A stretch of 64,000 nucleotides of DNA from the NCBI GenBank assembly GCA_025454835.1, contig JALONQ010000011.1, positions 420-64,419 of the forward strand, in the 5' to 3' direction. Of the stretch, positions 20,501-29,028 are shown one piece after another. Below the pieces are notes generated by a model. It was not told where the DNA came from. It ran no database searches and saw only the letters and a program-made list of their open reading frames with translations. A program made the position numbers and the translations under genes. Position 1 is the first letter of the stretch, and every line of letters begins with the position of its first letter. This DNA comes from Bacteroidota bacterium. Lineage in GTDB: Bacteria; Bacteroidota; Ignavibacteria; UBA10030.

Positions 20501-20662
20501 GCGACGTCGGACCGGTTGCGTGCCGCCTTGGAAGCGATGGATACCTACATCCGTCAGGAAACGCTCGCGAGCGAACTTCTGTTCATCGACGGAACGTCCG
20601 CCTCGATGCAACGCCTCGACGTGAATGGTGAGGCAGCCGACGTTGCAGTTGAAAAGATATAA
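17543..20662 (+). CDS. ileS: Isoleucine-tRNA ligase, type 2 (IleRS2)
   Basis: YEGPPTANGRPGIHH, GWDTHGLP, WTTTPWTL, DQTRGWF, KMSKS, C-terminal EGLAREFVNRVQNLRK. Confidence 0.97.
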   Translation: MFTPLSDRLKYAELESAVRRFWEQESVFPRSIAQRAGRPVFSFYEGPPTANGRPGIHHVMSRTLKDLVCRYKTMKGFQVHRKAGWDTHGLPVEIEVEKSLGFKHKDEIVRYGVAKFNDECRRSVWKYKAEWEEMTRTMGYWVDLDAPYVTFENSYIESVWWALRQYFDRGMIYKGYKIQPYCPRCETPLSSHEVSLGYKDVKDPSVYVRMKVKGVANTSFLVWTTTPWTLISNVAIAVHPDVDYVKAEHQGETFILAEARLSVLGDGTTVVGRMKGRELVGMEYERLYAFHDVKERGWYVIDADFVTTEDGSGIVHMAPAYGEDDYQAGRKHGLPTIHPVTASGEFSSEVTPFANKFVKDADPEIIADLKARGLLFKKEQYLHSYPHCWRCSSPLLYYARDSWYIRTTSYAQRMIELNNRVNWFPPEVGAGRFGNWLEENKDWALSRDRFWGTPLPIWVCETCGTKKCVGSIEELKQGQHVPDPLDLHKPHVDDVTFTCSCGGTQRRTPELIDVWFDSGSMPFAQWHYPFENKERFESTYPGDFISEGIDQTRGWFYTLHSIGTFLFDKPAFRNVLVNELILDKSGLKMSKSKGNTVEPFGLMQTYGADATRWYLVSNSPVWRPTLFDAEGIAEVQRKYFSTLVNTYSFFALYANVDGFDPSSGPVPHDERPEIDRWILSELHTLIREVNGALDVYDATRATRLLTDYTVDRLSNWYVRRNRRRFWKSEPGADKTSAYQTLHECLVTVTKLMAPIAPFLSDELFRRLRPGAASDASVHLTDFPVENGSLIDTALEEKMERAMTIVSLVRSMREKTKLKVRQPLARILIPVLSERVRNEVQQMSDLILDEINVKAIEFITDDTAIVRRKAKPDFRALGAKHGKAVQGVAAAIRELTSSQLRDLEVNGSLAIAANGTTVEIARTDVEIQHEEIKGWLVASDGPMTVALDTTITEELAREGLAREFVNRVQNLRKDSGFQVTDRIRIRVATSDRLRAALEAMDTYIRQETLASELLFIDGTSASMQRLDVNGEAADVAVEKI

Positions 20663-20719
20663 TGTATATTAGGCATCCCCGTCGTGAAGTTGGCGGGGTG
20701 ATGCCCGAGGAGAACGATC

Positions 20720-21259
20720 ATGGCCAAGAAGACGACGAAGAAGACGGCGGCGAAGTCAACGAAAGCCGCGACGAAAAAAAGGGCCGCGCCGAAACGACCC
20801 TCCGCCAAGCCGGCCTCGAAACCGGCCCGCGCCGCGGCGAAGGCCCCGGTAGCGGCCGCGCGCGTCTTGCCCAAGAAGGGCTACGGCAAGCGCGAGCTCG
20901 AGTACTTCCGCACGATCATCACCGAGAAACGAAAAGAGATCCTGGAAGAACTCGAATCGTTGAAGGCCAGCATGATGGACGTGCAGACCGGCGAGTACGC
21001 AAACGAGAGTTCGACCTATTCGTTGCACATGGAACAGGGGACGGATGCGATGGAGCGGGAGAAGGTCTTCCTGTTCGCCTCACGCGAAGGCAAGTTCCTC
21101 AACTACCTCGACGACGCCCTCCAGCGCATCGAGAACGGATCGTACGGCTTCTGCACCGACTGCGGGAAGCTCATCGAGAAGGAACGGCTCGAGGCCGTGC
21201 CGCACGCCCAGCAGTGCGTCCAGTGCAAGCTCAAGAAGGGCGCGGGGAACAAGCTCTGA
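20720..21259 (+). CDS. TraR/DksA family C4 zinc-finger regulator with Lys/Ala-rich N-tail
   Basis: ALQRIENGSYGFCTDCG...ERLEAVP...CVQCK; GAGGAG RBS. Confidence 0.88.
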   Translation: MAKKTTKKTAAKSTKAATKKRAAPKRPSAKPASKPARAAAKAPVAAARVLPKKGYGKRELEYFRTIITEKRKEILEELESLKASMMDVQTGEYANESSTYSLHMEQGTDAMEREKVFLFASREGKFLNYLDDALQRIENGSYGFCTDCGKLIEKERLEAVPHAQQCVQCKLKKGAGNKL

Positions 21260-21338
21260 TCGCATGCCCATGTTGCGCGTGATGTCGTCCACCCGCTCCG
21301 GCATCCCGGGAACCGACCCGCGGCGGAGGCCGTAACCC

Positions 21339-21923
21339 GTGCGTGTCGTTTACATCACCGGCGTGATCGTCCTCTTCGACCAGATCACGAAGCTCCTGGT
21401 GAAGGGCTTTTCGGTGCCGTCGCTGGGGATCTATCACGAGGGCATGCACCTCGGTCAAAGCATTCCGCTCCTGGGGGATTTCTTCCGGCTCACCTTCGTC
21501 GAGAACCCTGGCATGGCGTTCGGGATCGACACCGACAGCAAGCTCATTCTCACCCTGTTCACCCTCTTCGCGACGATCGGCATCGCCTGGTATCTCTACC
21601 ACATTCGCCAGCATGCGCTCCTCGTGCGCCTCGCGCTTGCCCTCATCCTGGCGGGAGCGATCGGGAACCTCATCGACCGGATGTTCTACGGCGTCATCTT
21701 CGGCGAGGCGACCCTGTTCCACGGAAAGGTTGTCGATTTCTTTGACGTCGATTTCTTCGACATCAGCGTCGGAGATTTCCAGCTGACACGGTGGTTCGTC
21801 TTCAACATCGCCGACGCCTCCGTCTCGGTCGGCATCGTGCTCCTGCTGCTGTCGCACCACCATGTCGAAGCACCCGTCGCGGTCCCCCCGGCCGACGAAC
21901 CAGCTCCGCCTCCTTCTGCCTGA
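21339..21923 (+). CDS. lspA: Lipoprotein signal peptidase II
   Basis: DQITK, ENPGMAFG, GAIGNLIDR, VVDF, FNIAD. Confidence 0.95.
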   Translation: MRVVYITGVIVLFDQITKLLVKGFSVPSLGIYHEGMHLGQSIPLLGDFFRLTFVENPGMAFGIDTDSKLILTLFTLFATIGIAWYLYHIRQHALLVRLALALILAGAIGNLIDRMFYGVIFGEATLFHGKVVDFFDVDFFDISVGDFQLTRWFVFNIADASVSVGIVLLLLSHHHVEAPVAVPPADEPAPPPSA

Positions 21924-21924
21924 G

Positions 21925-22911
21925 ATGTCCACTCAACCGGCCTCCGAACCGCGTGCCCGCCTCCGGTTCGATGTTCCGGCCGGGCAATCCCGCGTCCGAC
22001 TCGACGTCTATCTGACCCGCATGGTCGAGAATGCCACCCGCGCCAAGGTGCAGGCGGCGATCGACGACGGCCTTGTCCTCGTCAACGGCAAGGCGCGCAA
22101 GTCGAGCTATGCGGTGCTGCCGGGTGATGTCATCGAGGTCACGCTGCGTCGACCGCCGGCCCCCGACATCGTTCCGGAGCAGATCCCGCTCAGCATCGTG
22201 TACGAAGATGACGACGTGCTCGTCGTCGACAAGCCGGCGGGGATGGTCACCCATCCGGCCCATGGCAACTACACGGGCACGCTCGTGCATGCGGTGCTCT
22301 TCCATGCCATGGTGTCCGGAGGAGCCCCCGGTCGTCCGGGCATCGTCCACCGTCTCGACAAGGACACGTCGGGCCTGCTCGTGTTGGCCAAGAATGAGCA
22401 CGCTCATGCCGCGCTGGCGAAGCAATTCGCCGACCGGACGGTCGAGAGAGAGTACCACGCTATCGTGTGGGGACGGATGCGCTCTCCTCACGGAACGATC
22501 GATGCGGCGTTGGCCCGCAGCCAACGAGACCGGAAGAAGGTGGCCGTTGCGTCGGGCGGCAAACGGGCGGTGACCGAATACGACGTCCTTGAGACCTTTC
22601 GGTTCCTCTCTCTGGTACGCCTGCACCTTCTGACGGGACGGACGCACCAGATACGCGTGCATCTGGCCCACGTCGGGCATCCGGTCTTCGGCGATCTGAC
22701 CTACGGTGGGCGCAGCCCTGGTTGGGCTGGCACGCAGGAGAAGCGTTTGCAGCAGGCGACCAACCTGCTGAAGATCATCGACCGTCAGGCGTTGCACGCC
22801 CGCACGATCGGATTCCGCCACCCGGTGACGGAGGAAATGATGCGGTTCTCGAGTCCGATTCCCCACGACATGGAGGAGATCCTGCAGAAAGTGCGGGAGG
22901 CGGTGGGTTGA
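21925..22911 (+). CDS. rluD: RluA/RluD family pseudouridine synthase
   Basis: S4 domain RLDVYL, KPAGMVTHP, HRLDKDTSG, TGRTHQIRVH, QALHA. Confidence 0.92.
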   Translation: MSTQPASEPRARLRFDVPAGQSRVRLDVYLTRMVENATRAKVQAAIDDGLVLVNGKARKSSYAVLPGDVIEVTLRRPPAPDIVPEQIPLSIVYEDDDVLVVDKPAGMVTHPAHGNYTGTLVHAVLFHAMVSGGAPGRPGIVHRLDKDTSGLLVLAKNEHAHAALAKQFADRTVEREYHAIVWGRMRSPHGTIDAALARSQRDRKKVAVASGGKRAVTEYDVLETFRFLSLVRLHLLTGRTHQIRVHLAHVGHPVFGDLTYGGRSPGWAGTQEKRLQQATNLLKIIDRQALHARTIGFRHPVTEEMMRFSSPIPHDMEEILQKVREAVG

Positions 22912-22937
22912 AGCAGAAGAAGCAGGGAGGATACAAA

Positions 22938-22971
22938 GAACGGGAGCCACATCGGCTCCCGTTCGTCTTTT
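22938..22971. terminator. Intrinsic terminator between convergent genes
   Basis: 11-bp stem GAACGGGAGCC/GGCTCCCGTTC followed by GTCTTTT. Confidence 0.7.
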
Positions 22972-22989
22972 GGGAGGGAACTCAGAGCG

Positions 22990-24162
22990 TCAATTGCGCC
23001 GGCGATCCCGTCCTGTCGTCGAAGACGACGAGGAGGACGGTGGATCGCGTCGCGGGGCTGCTGAGCGTTGCGGCTGCTCTCGCGTCGCCGGCGCCGGTGA
23101 GGAGGGACGCACGCGGGATCCGGAGCGGTCCGGGGTCGTCACCCGGTCGGGACCGGTCCTCCGGTCGGGCTGAACGGTCGTCGGCCGGGTTCGGTCGGGC
23201 GCCGACGGTGTCGTCGTCGGCCTGCGTATCTGTTCGGACGGCTCGACTGGCGTCGTCTCCCTCCGGTCCCTCTGTTCGACGCGGCGTGGCGTTTCGAACT
23301 CCGACGGCGACCGTTGGGTCCGTTCGATCGCGTTCACATCCAGGTCCAGGCGCCGTTCTCCACGGACCGTCGCGCGCGGAGCATCAGCCCGCTGGAAATC
23401 AGCATCGCTCGGGCGGTATGCCTCGATCACGGGCCTGCGTTCGCCATCGCGTACGAACCGTTCGCCGCGCGTCGTGCCGCCGGTCCTGATCTCAGTCCGT
23501 TCGAAGCGACCGCCGGAGCGTTGTTCCACGAAGCTGCGGTCGATCCCGCGATTGACGATGCGATTGCGGTCGATCTCGTAGCCGCCGCCGCTGCGCGTGG
23601 TGCCGACGAGCCGGCGCGTATCGTTGGCGTCGGCATAGTCGCGGTATCGCACGTCGCGCCCGAATCGATGGACGTCGACGAAGCTCCAGTAGTGGTGCGG
23701 AGCCATCCATGTGCGTGTGAAGCGGATACCGTAGGTCACGTGGAACGACGCGTAGGGGGGCAGGGGAGCCCAGCCGATGTAGGCGTCGTTGTAGCGCCAC
23801 TCAACCCATGCGGGACCCCACACGTTGTCGGGGATCCAGACCCAACCGTAGTACTCGTCATAGTGCCACCGGCCATAATGATAGACGGCCCATCCGAATG
23901 GTTCCACCGAGACCCAGTACCATCCGTAATCGGACCAGACCCACCGGCCTTCCATGTACGGCCTCCAGCCGGACCGCATATAGCGAGGGCGCCACACAAC
24001 GAAGCCAGGCTCGACCTCGATCCACTGTCCGTAGGAGGCGAGCGGCCGGTAGAAGGCGCCGACGTGAATGCTGATGCCGGCGGTACGGTGGGCGGCTTCG
24101 GCAATGGTCGGTGCGCCGAGAAGCGCGGCGAAGCCGGCGGCGAGGATGAGTGTGCGTTTCAT
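22990..24162 (-). CDS. Secreted Trp/Tyr-rich protein (DUF6600-like) with disordered Arg/Pro tail
   Basis: Signal peptide MKRTLILAAG...; FYRPLASYGQW, GWRPY..GRW, EPFGWAVYHYGRW, WGPAWVEWR, IGWAPLPP. Confidence 0.8.
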   Translation of the reverse strand: MKRTLILAAGFAALLGAPTIAEAAHRTAGISIHVGAFYRPLASYGQWIEVEPGFVVWRPRYMRSGWRPYMEGRWVWSDYGWYWVSVEPFGWAVYHYGRWHYDEYYGWVWIPDNVWGPAWVEWRYNDAYIGWAPLPPYASFHVTYGIRFTRTWMAPHHYWSFVDVHRFGRDVRYRDYADANDTRRLVGTTRSGGGYEIDRNRIVNRGIDRSFVEQRSGGRFERTEIRTGGTTRGERFVRDGERRPVIEAYRPSDADFQRADAPRATVRGERRLDLDVNAIERTQRSPSEFETPRRVEQRDRRETTPVEPSEQIRRPTTTPSAPDRTRPTTVQPDRRTGPDRVTTPDRSGSRVRPSSPAPATREQPQRSAAPRRDPPSSSSSSTTGRDRRRN

Positions 24163-24343
24163 GGCGGTTCTCCGGAACGTCCGTAGAAACGGGCTCAATT
24201 CGCGTGCCACTCGGCGAGAGGCGTGAAAACTCCCTCGAAACGGCAGCCCCGGGCCTTCGCCGTGCAGTATGTTGGACACGGTGTCTTGTTGCTTCCATCT
24301 CCATTTTTGCCCAATTTCCGCAGTCATCGGAAGAATGTCCCAC

Positions 24344-24727
24344 ATGAGAACGGTTCTCTTCGTGTTCTGCTGTGGTCTGTGGCTGCTGGCAGGCGGATGT
24401 GCCGGTACGACGGACAGCGACACAAGCGAAAAAGTGGATCTGCAAGCTCCTTCGGGGCTGGCGGCCCAGCGGATCGGTAGAACTTCGGTGCGGCTCACCT
24501 GGACCGATGAGGCGATCGGAGAGGAGGCCTTCGTCGTGGAGCGTCGGCGCAACGCTGGCGCGTTCGTACCGACGCTGTTCGTTCCTGCGGATGTCACGCA
24601 GGCCGTCGATTCGGTCGGCGTCATTGCCGATTCGACATACACGTATCGGGTCAGGGCCTCTCGCTACGTCTCCACCTCCCCTTACTCCAACACGGTTTCG
24701 CTGCAATTCACCCTTCCGTATCCCTGA
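24344..24727 (+). CDS. Fibronectin type III domain lipoprotein
   Basis: Lipobox-like LAGGC; APSGLAA...VRLTWTD...FVVER...YTYRVRA...SPYSN. Confidence 0.75.
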   Translation: MRTVLFVFCCGLWLLAGGCAGTTDSDTSEKVDLQAPSGLAAQRIGRTSVRLTWTDEAIGEEAFVVERRRNAGAFVPTLFVPADVTQAVDSVGVIADSTYTYRVRASRYVSTSPYSNTVSLQFTLPYP

Positions 24728-24739
24728 TCGCTGATCGCC

Positions 24740-24925
24740 ATGGCAGCTCTGGACACCTTTGAGTGGTTCATCCAACATTTCCATCCGGATCCCGACCCGG
24801 CGACCGCCGCGATGTTGCGACGCGAACGGGAGTATCTCATGGAGATCCGAAATGAGAACGAGCGTCTGCGCTATATCGACGAGTTGATGCGCCGCGTCAG
24901 GGAGTCCATGCGCGCGCCGGCTTGA
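24740..24925 (+). CDS. Small hypothetical helical protein
   Basis: 61-aa ORF filling the gap, with protein-like composition. Confidence 0.5.
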   Translation: MAALDTFEWFIQHFHPDPDPATAAMLRREREYLMEIRNENERLRYIDELMRRVRESMRAPA

Positions 24926-25069
24926 CAGGCCCCGCCGTTCTCCGCCGTTTGTGAAGCTTGTGCTCGAGGCCGTCGCAGCCCCGCCGATGGGGTCTGTCCA
25001 ACCTGACAGGTCCGGACGGCCATCGCGGGCCTTTCATCACCCAAACCACCACCGTTCGCAGGTAACGCC

Positions 25070-26593
25070 ATGCTCCTGCACCAGAAATTCATCGAATCGG
25101 CCAAGAAATTCGGGTCGAAGATGTTCGTCATCGACCGGACGACGGGCCGCAATCTGACCTATTCACGAGGGCTCATCGCTTCGATGATCCTCGCCGAGAA
25201 GTTCAAGCAGTACGAGCCCGGCTTCATCGGCATCCTGCTGCCGACGTCCGGTGGCGGGGCGCTCAGCATGCTCGGCGCGTTGATGAGCGGCCGAGTGCCG
25301 GTCTACATCAACTATTCCACCGGTGCGGCGCAGAACTGCGAGTACGCCCAACAGAAGTGCGACTTCAAGACGATCATCACGTCGAAGGCTCTGTTGGAGA
25401 AGATCAAGTGCCCCGTCGTGGACGGCATGGTGTTCGTCGAGGACATCCTGGAGAGCGTGACGAGTTTCGAGAAGATCCGTGCGGCCCTCAAGACGAAGCT
25501 GCCCGCCTCGATGCTGACGGCGAAGTATGCCCAGGGTGACGAGCACGACACCGCCTTCATCCTCTTCACGAGCGGCAGTGAAAAGGACCCGAAAGGGGTC
25601 CAGTTGACGCACCACAACATCATCGCCAATATTCAGAGCCTCGAGAAGGTCTTCACGTTCGGGCCGGATGACACCTTCCTCGCGCAGCTGCCCTATTTCC
25701 ACATCTTCGGCCAGACGGGCAACTTGTGGGCGCCGATCTATTTCGGGATGACGATCGTTTCGTACGCCAACCCGCTTGATTTCAAGACGATCAGCGACAT
25801 CGTGCGGGAAGAGAAGTGCACCCTGATGGTCGGAACGCCGGCGTTCTTTTGGGGGTATCTCCAGAAGTCGGAGCCGGGGGACTTCAAGACGGTGCGCATC
25901 ATGCTTACCGGCGCCGACAAGTGCCCCGACGCGCTCCGGAAGGGCTTTCTGGAGAAGCACAACGTCACGCTCCTCGAAGCCTACGGCGCGACGGAGACCT
26001 CACCCGGCATCACCGTCAACACGCACAAGAACAACCGCCCAGGAAGCGTCGGCCGCCCGCTCCCCGGCGTCCAGGTGCGGGTCGAGAACTACGAGACCGG
26101 TGAGATGTGCAAGACGGGCGATATCGGGAAGATCCTGACGAAAGGCGACAACGTCATGAAGGGATACTTCGACGATTTCGAGCAGACCTCGTTGGCCATC
26201 CGCCACGGCTGGTATGACACTGGCGACATGGGCTGGATGGACGAGGATGGCTACCTTTGGCACGTCGGCCGCCTGAAACGATTCCTCAAGATCGCCGGTG
26301 AAATGGTCTCGCTGGTCAAGGTGGAGGACGTGCTCGAGAAGCTCCTTCCGGACGGGGCATCATGCTGCGTGGTCGAGGTGCCCGATCACCTAAGAGGCGC
26401 GAAGATCGTTGCGGCGGTGACCCATCCCATCGAGGAGAAAGAGGTCCTCCGCAAGATGTCCGAGAAACTCCCCAATATCGCCTTGCCGAAGCAGTTCGTG
26501 CAGATCGAAGAGCTTCCGAAGATGGGGAGCGGCAAGATCGATTTCCGCAAGGTCACCGACCTGGTGCGAGAGATCGTGCAGGCCAAACGTTGA
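25070..26593 (+). CDS. AMP-binding enzyme, Aas-type acyl-ACP synthetase domain (stand-alone)
   Basis: ILFTSGSEKDPKGV, YGATETSP, WYDTGD, GRLKRFLKIAGEMVSL, LPKMGSGKIDF. Confidence 0.85.
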   Translation: MLLHQKFIESAKKFGSKMFVIDRTTGRNLTYSRGLIASMILAEKFKQYEPGFIGILLPTSGGGALSMLGALMSGRVPVYINYSTGAAQNCEYAQQKCDFKTIITSKALLEKIKCPVVDGMVFVEDILESVTSFEKIRAALKTKLPASMLTAKYAQGDEHDTAFILFTSGSEKDPKGVQLTHHNIIANIQSLEKVFTFGPDDTFLAQLPYFHIFGQTGNLWAPIYFGMTIVSYANPLDFKTISDIVREEKCTLMVGTPAFFWGYLQKSEPGDFKTVRIMLTGADKCPDALRKGFLEKHNVTLLEAYGATETSPGITVNTHKNNRPGSVGRPLPGVQVRVENYETGEMCKTGDIGKILTKGDNVMKGYFDDFEQTSLAIRHGWYDTGDMGWMDEDGYLWHVGRLKRFLKIAGEMVSLVKVEDVLEKLLPDGASCCVVEVPDHLRGAKIVAAVTHPIEEKEVLRKMSEKLPNIALPKQFVQIEELPKMGSGKIDFRKVTDLVREIVQAKR

Positions 26594-26617
26594 GCGCGCA
26601 TCCCTCACTCAGGAACC

Positions 26618-28162
26618 ATGACCCACGCTGAATCCGTCCTCGTTCTCGACTTCGGTTCGCAGTACACGCAGCTGATCGCCCGTCGCGTCAGGGAGCTCGG
26701 AGTCTTCTCCGAGCTCCACCCGTTCAATACGCCCTTGGAGAGGATCCGGGCGCTCAAGCCGTCGGCCATCATCCTGTCGGGTGGGCCCTCGAGCGTCTAC
26801 GAGGCCGACGCCCCCAAGCCCGATCCGGCCATCTTTGACCTCGGCGTCCCCGTCCTCGGGATCTGCTACGGTCTGCAGCTGATCGCCGATCAGATGGGTG
26901 GAAAAGTGGACCCGTCGGCGCGTCGCGAGTACGGTCAGGCGACACTTGAGATCGACCGGCACGACGACCTGTTCAAGGGCGTCGAGCGGAGGACCAACGT
27001 GTGGATGAGCCATGGGGATGCGCTGAGCAAGCTTCCCAGCGGCTTCGAGCCGATCGCCCATTCATCGAACTCGCCGATCTGCGCCATCCGCGACGTGCGC
27101 CGGAAGATCTACGGCGTTCAGTTCCATCCGGAGGTCGTCCACACGCCCGAGGGCCGCACGATCCTGGGCAATTTCCTGACGCAGGTTGCGGGACTCAAGG
27201 CCACGTGGACGCCCGCGTCATTCGTGGACCTGGCGGTGCAGGAGATCCGCGCCCGCGTCGGTTCGTCGCACGTGCTCTGCGCGCTGTCCGGCGGCGTCGA
27301 TTCGTCCGTCCTTGCCGTGCTGTTGCACAAGGCCATCGGCGACCAGCTGGTCTGCATCCACATCAACAACGGGTTGATGCGGAAGAACGAGAGCGAAGCG
27401 GTCGTCCGCACCTTCCGCGACCGGTTCGCCATCGACCTGCGATACGTCGACTCCAGTGACACGTTCCTGGCCCGGCTGGCGGGCGTGTCCGATCCCGAGC
27501 AGAAGCGAAAGATCATCGGCAAGACGTTCATCGATGTCTTCGACGCAGAGGCGAAGCAGCTGAAGCGCGACGTCCGCTTCCTGGCGCAAGGGACGCTGTA
27601 CCCCGATGTCATCGAATCGGTCTCGTTCAAGGGACCTTCGGTCACGATCAAGACACACCACAATGTTGGTGGATTGCCAAAGGACATGAAGTTCGAGCTC
27701 ATCGAGCCATTCCGCGAGCTGTTCAAGGACGAGGTGCGCGCGATCGGCCGGCTCCTGGGGATCCCCGACGTGCTCATTGGACGGCATCCCTTCCCGGGTC
27801 CGGGCCTCGCCGTGCGCATCCTGGGCGAGGTGACGAAGGAGCGGGCTGACCTCCTCCGTGAGGCCGACGATCTTTTCATCCAGGAGCTCCATGCGGCAGG
27901 GCTGTACGACAGCATTTGGCAGGCGTTCGCCGTTCTGTTGCCTATCCGGTCGGTGGGTGTGATGGGGGATGGACGGACGTACGAAGCTGTCTGCGCGCTT
28001 CGCGCGGTGACGAGTGTCGACGGCATGACGGCGGACTGGGCCCGCATTCCACCAGAGGTGCTGGCGAAGGCCTCCGGCCGGATCACGAACGAGCTGCGCG
28101 GCATCAACCGGGTGGTGTACGACATCAGCTCGAAGCCGCCGGCGACGATCGAGTGGGAATAG
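26618..28162 (+). CDS. guaA: GMP synthase (glutamine-hydrolysing)
   Basis: [52 protein letters not shown]. Confidence 0.98.
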   Translation: MTHAESVLVLDFGSQYTQLIARRVRELGVFSELHPFNTPLERIRALKPSAIILSGGPSSVYEADAPKPDPAIFDLGVPVLGICYGLQLIADQMGGKVDPSARREYGQATLEIDRHDDLFKGVERRTNVWMSHGDALSKLPSGFEPIAHSSNSPICAIRDVRRKIYGVQFHPEVVHTPEGRTILGNFLTQVAGLKATWTPASFVDLAVQEIRARVGSSHVLCALSGGVDSSVLAVLLHKAIGDQLVCIHINNGLMRKNESEAVVRTFRDRFAIDLRYVDSSDTFLARLAGVSDPEQKRKIIGKTFIDVFDAEAKQLKRDVRFLAQGTLYPDVIESVSFKGPSVTIKTHHNVGGLPKDMKFELIEPFRELFKDEVRAIGRLLGIPDVLIGRHPFPGPGLAVRILGEVTKERADLLREADDLFIQELHAAGLYDSIWQAFAVLLPIRSVGVMGDGRTYEAVCALRAVTSVDGMTADWARIPPEVLAKASGRITNELRGINRVVYDISSKPPATIEWE

Positions 28163-28188
28163 GCGCTGGCCAACCGGAAGAAAGCGGG

Positions 28189-28216
28189 ACCACCAAGAGC
28201 ACAAAGGACACCAAAG
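28189..28216 (+). repeat. Degenerate 9-bp tandem array (repeat-family half arm)
   Basis: ACCACCAAG AGCACAAAG GACACCAAAG. Confidence 0.55.
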
Positions 28217-28308
28217 CATTCAGGGGCATCATATCGACGGCGCATCGCGACCAACAAGTCTCCTTCCGGCAGTGACCTTCGAGGTTATCCCAAGACTCCC
28301 ACTCGTTC

Positions 28309-29028
28309 ATGATAGAACTTCGCAACGTTTCCAAGAAATTCGGCTCGTTCACGGCGGTCGACGATCTGTCGATGACGATCCCGGCCGGCGAGCTCTTTGG
28401 CTTTCTCGGTCCCAACGGCGCAGGCAAGACGACGACCATCAAGATGATCGCCGGCCTGTTCGCGCCGACCAAAGGCACCGTGCGGGTGAACGGGCACGAT
28501 GTCGTTGCTTCGCCGATGAAGGCGAAGGCCACGATCGCCTACATCCCCGACCAGCCGTTCTTGTACGACAAGTTGACCGGACGGGAATTCCTCTACTTTG
28601 TGGGGGGCCTGTTCCAGCTCCCGAAACACCAGGTGCACCGGCGTGTGGGCGAGCTGATCGAACGGTTCGAGATCGGCCAGTGGATCGACAAGAAGGCCGA
28701 GGACTATTCGCAGGGGATGCGGCAGCGCATCTCGATCGCCGCGGGATTGATCCACGACCCGAAGACGATCATCATCGACGAGCCGATGGTGGGCCTCGAC
28801 CCCCGTTCGGCGAAGATCGTGCGCGAAACGCTGCGCCACCAGGCCAACCACGGCGCGTCGATCCTGATGTCGACCCACAGCCTTTCGATGGCCGAAGAGT
28901 TGTGCGATCGGATCGGCATCATCCATCAGGGTAAGCTTGTCTATTGTGACACGCGCGATGCCGTGCGCGCGTTTGAAGCGAGTCTCGACGGCAGCCTGGA
29001 ATCAGTGTTCCTCGAGCTGACGCGATGA
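28309..29028 (+). CDS. ABC transporter ATP-binding protein
   Basis: GPNGAGKTT, YSQGMRQR, IIIDEP, STH. Confidence 0.95.
   Translation: MIELRNVSKKFGSFTAVDDLSMTIPAGELFGFLGPNGAGKTTTIKMIAGLFAPTKGTVRVNGHDVVASPMKAKATIAYIPDQPFLYDKLTGREFLYFVGGLFQLPKHQVHRRVGELIERFEIGQWIDKKAEDYSQGMRQRISIAAGLIHDPKTIIIDEPMVGLDPRSAKIVRETLRHQANHGASILMSTHSLSMAEELCDRIGIIHQGKLVYCDTRDAVRAFEASLDGSLESVFLELTR

Noticed and set aside
20720-20870. Separate histone-like gene or DNA repeat
   Set aside because: It is a Lys/Ala-rich low-complexity N-tail in frame with the DksA-family protein, a common feature.
24163-24642. 550-aa version of the DUF6600-like ORF
   Set aside because: The extension overlaps the opposite-strand Fn3 lipoprotein; a signal peptide and RBS support the start at 24162.
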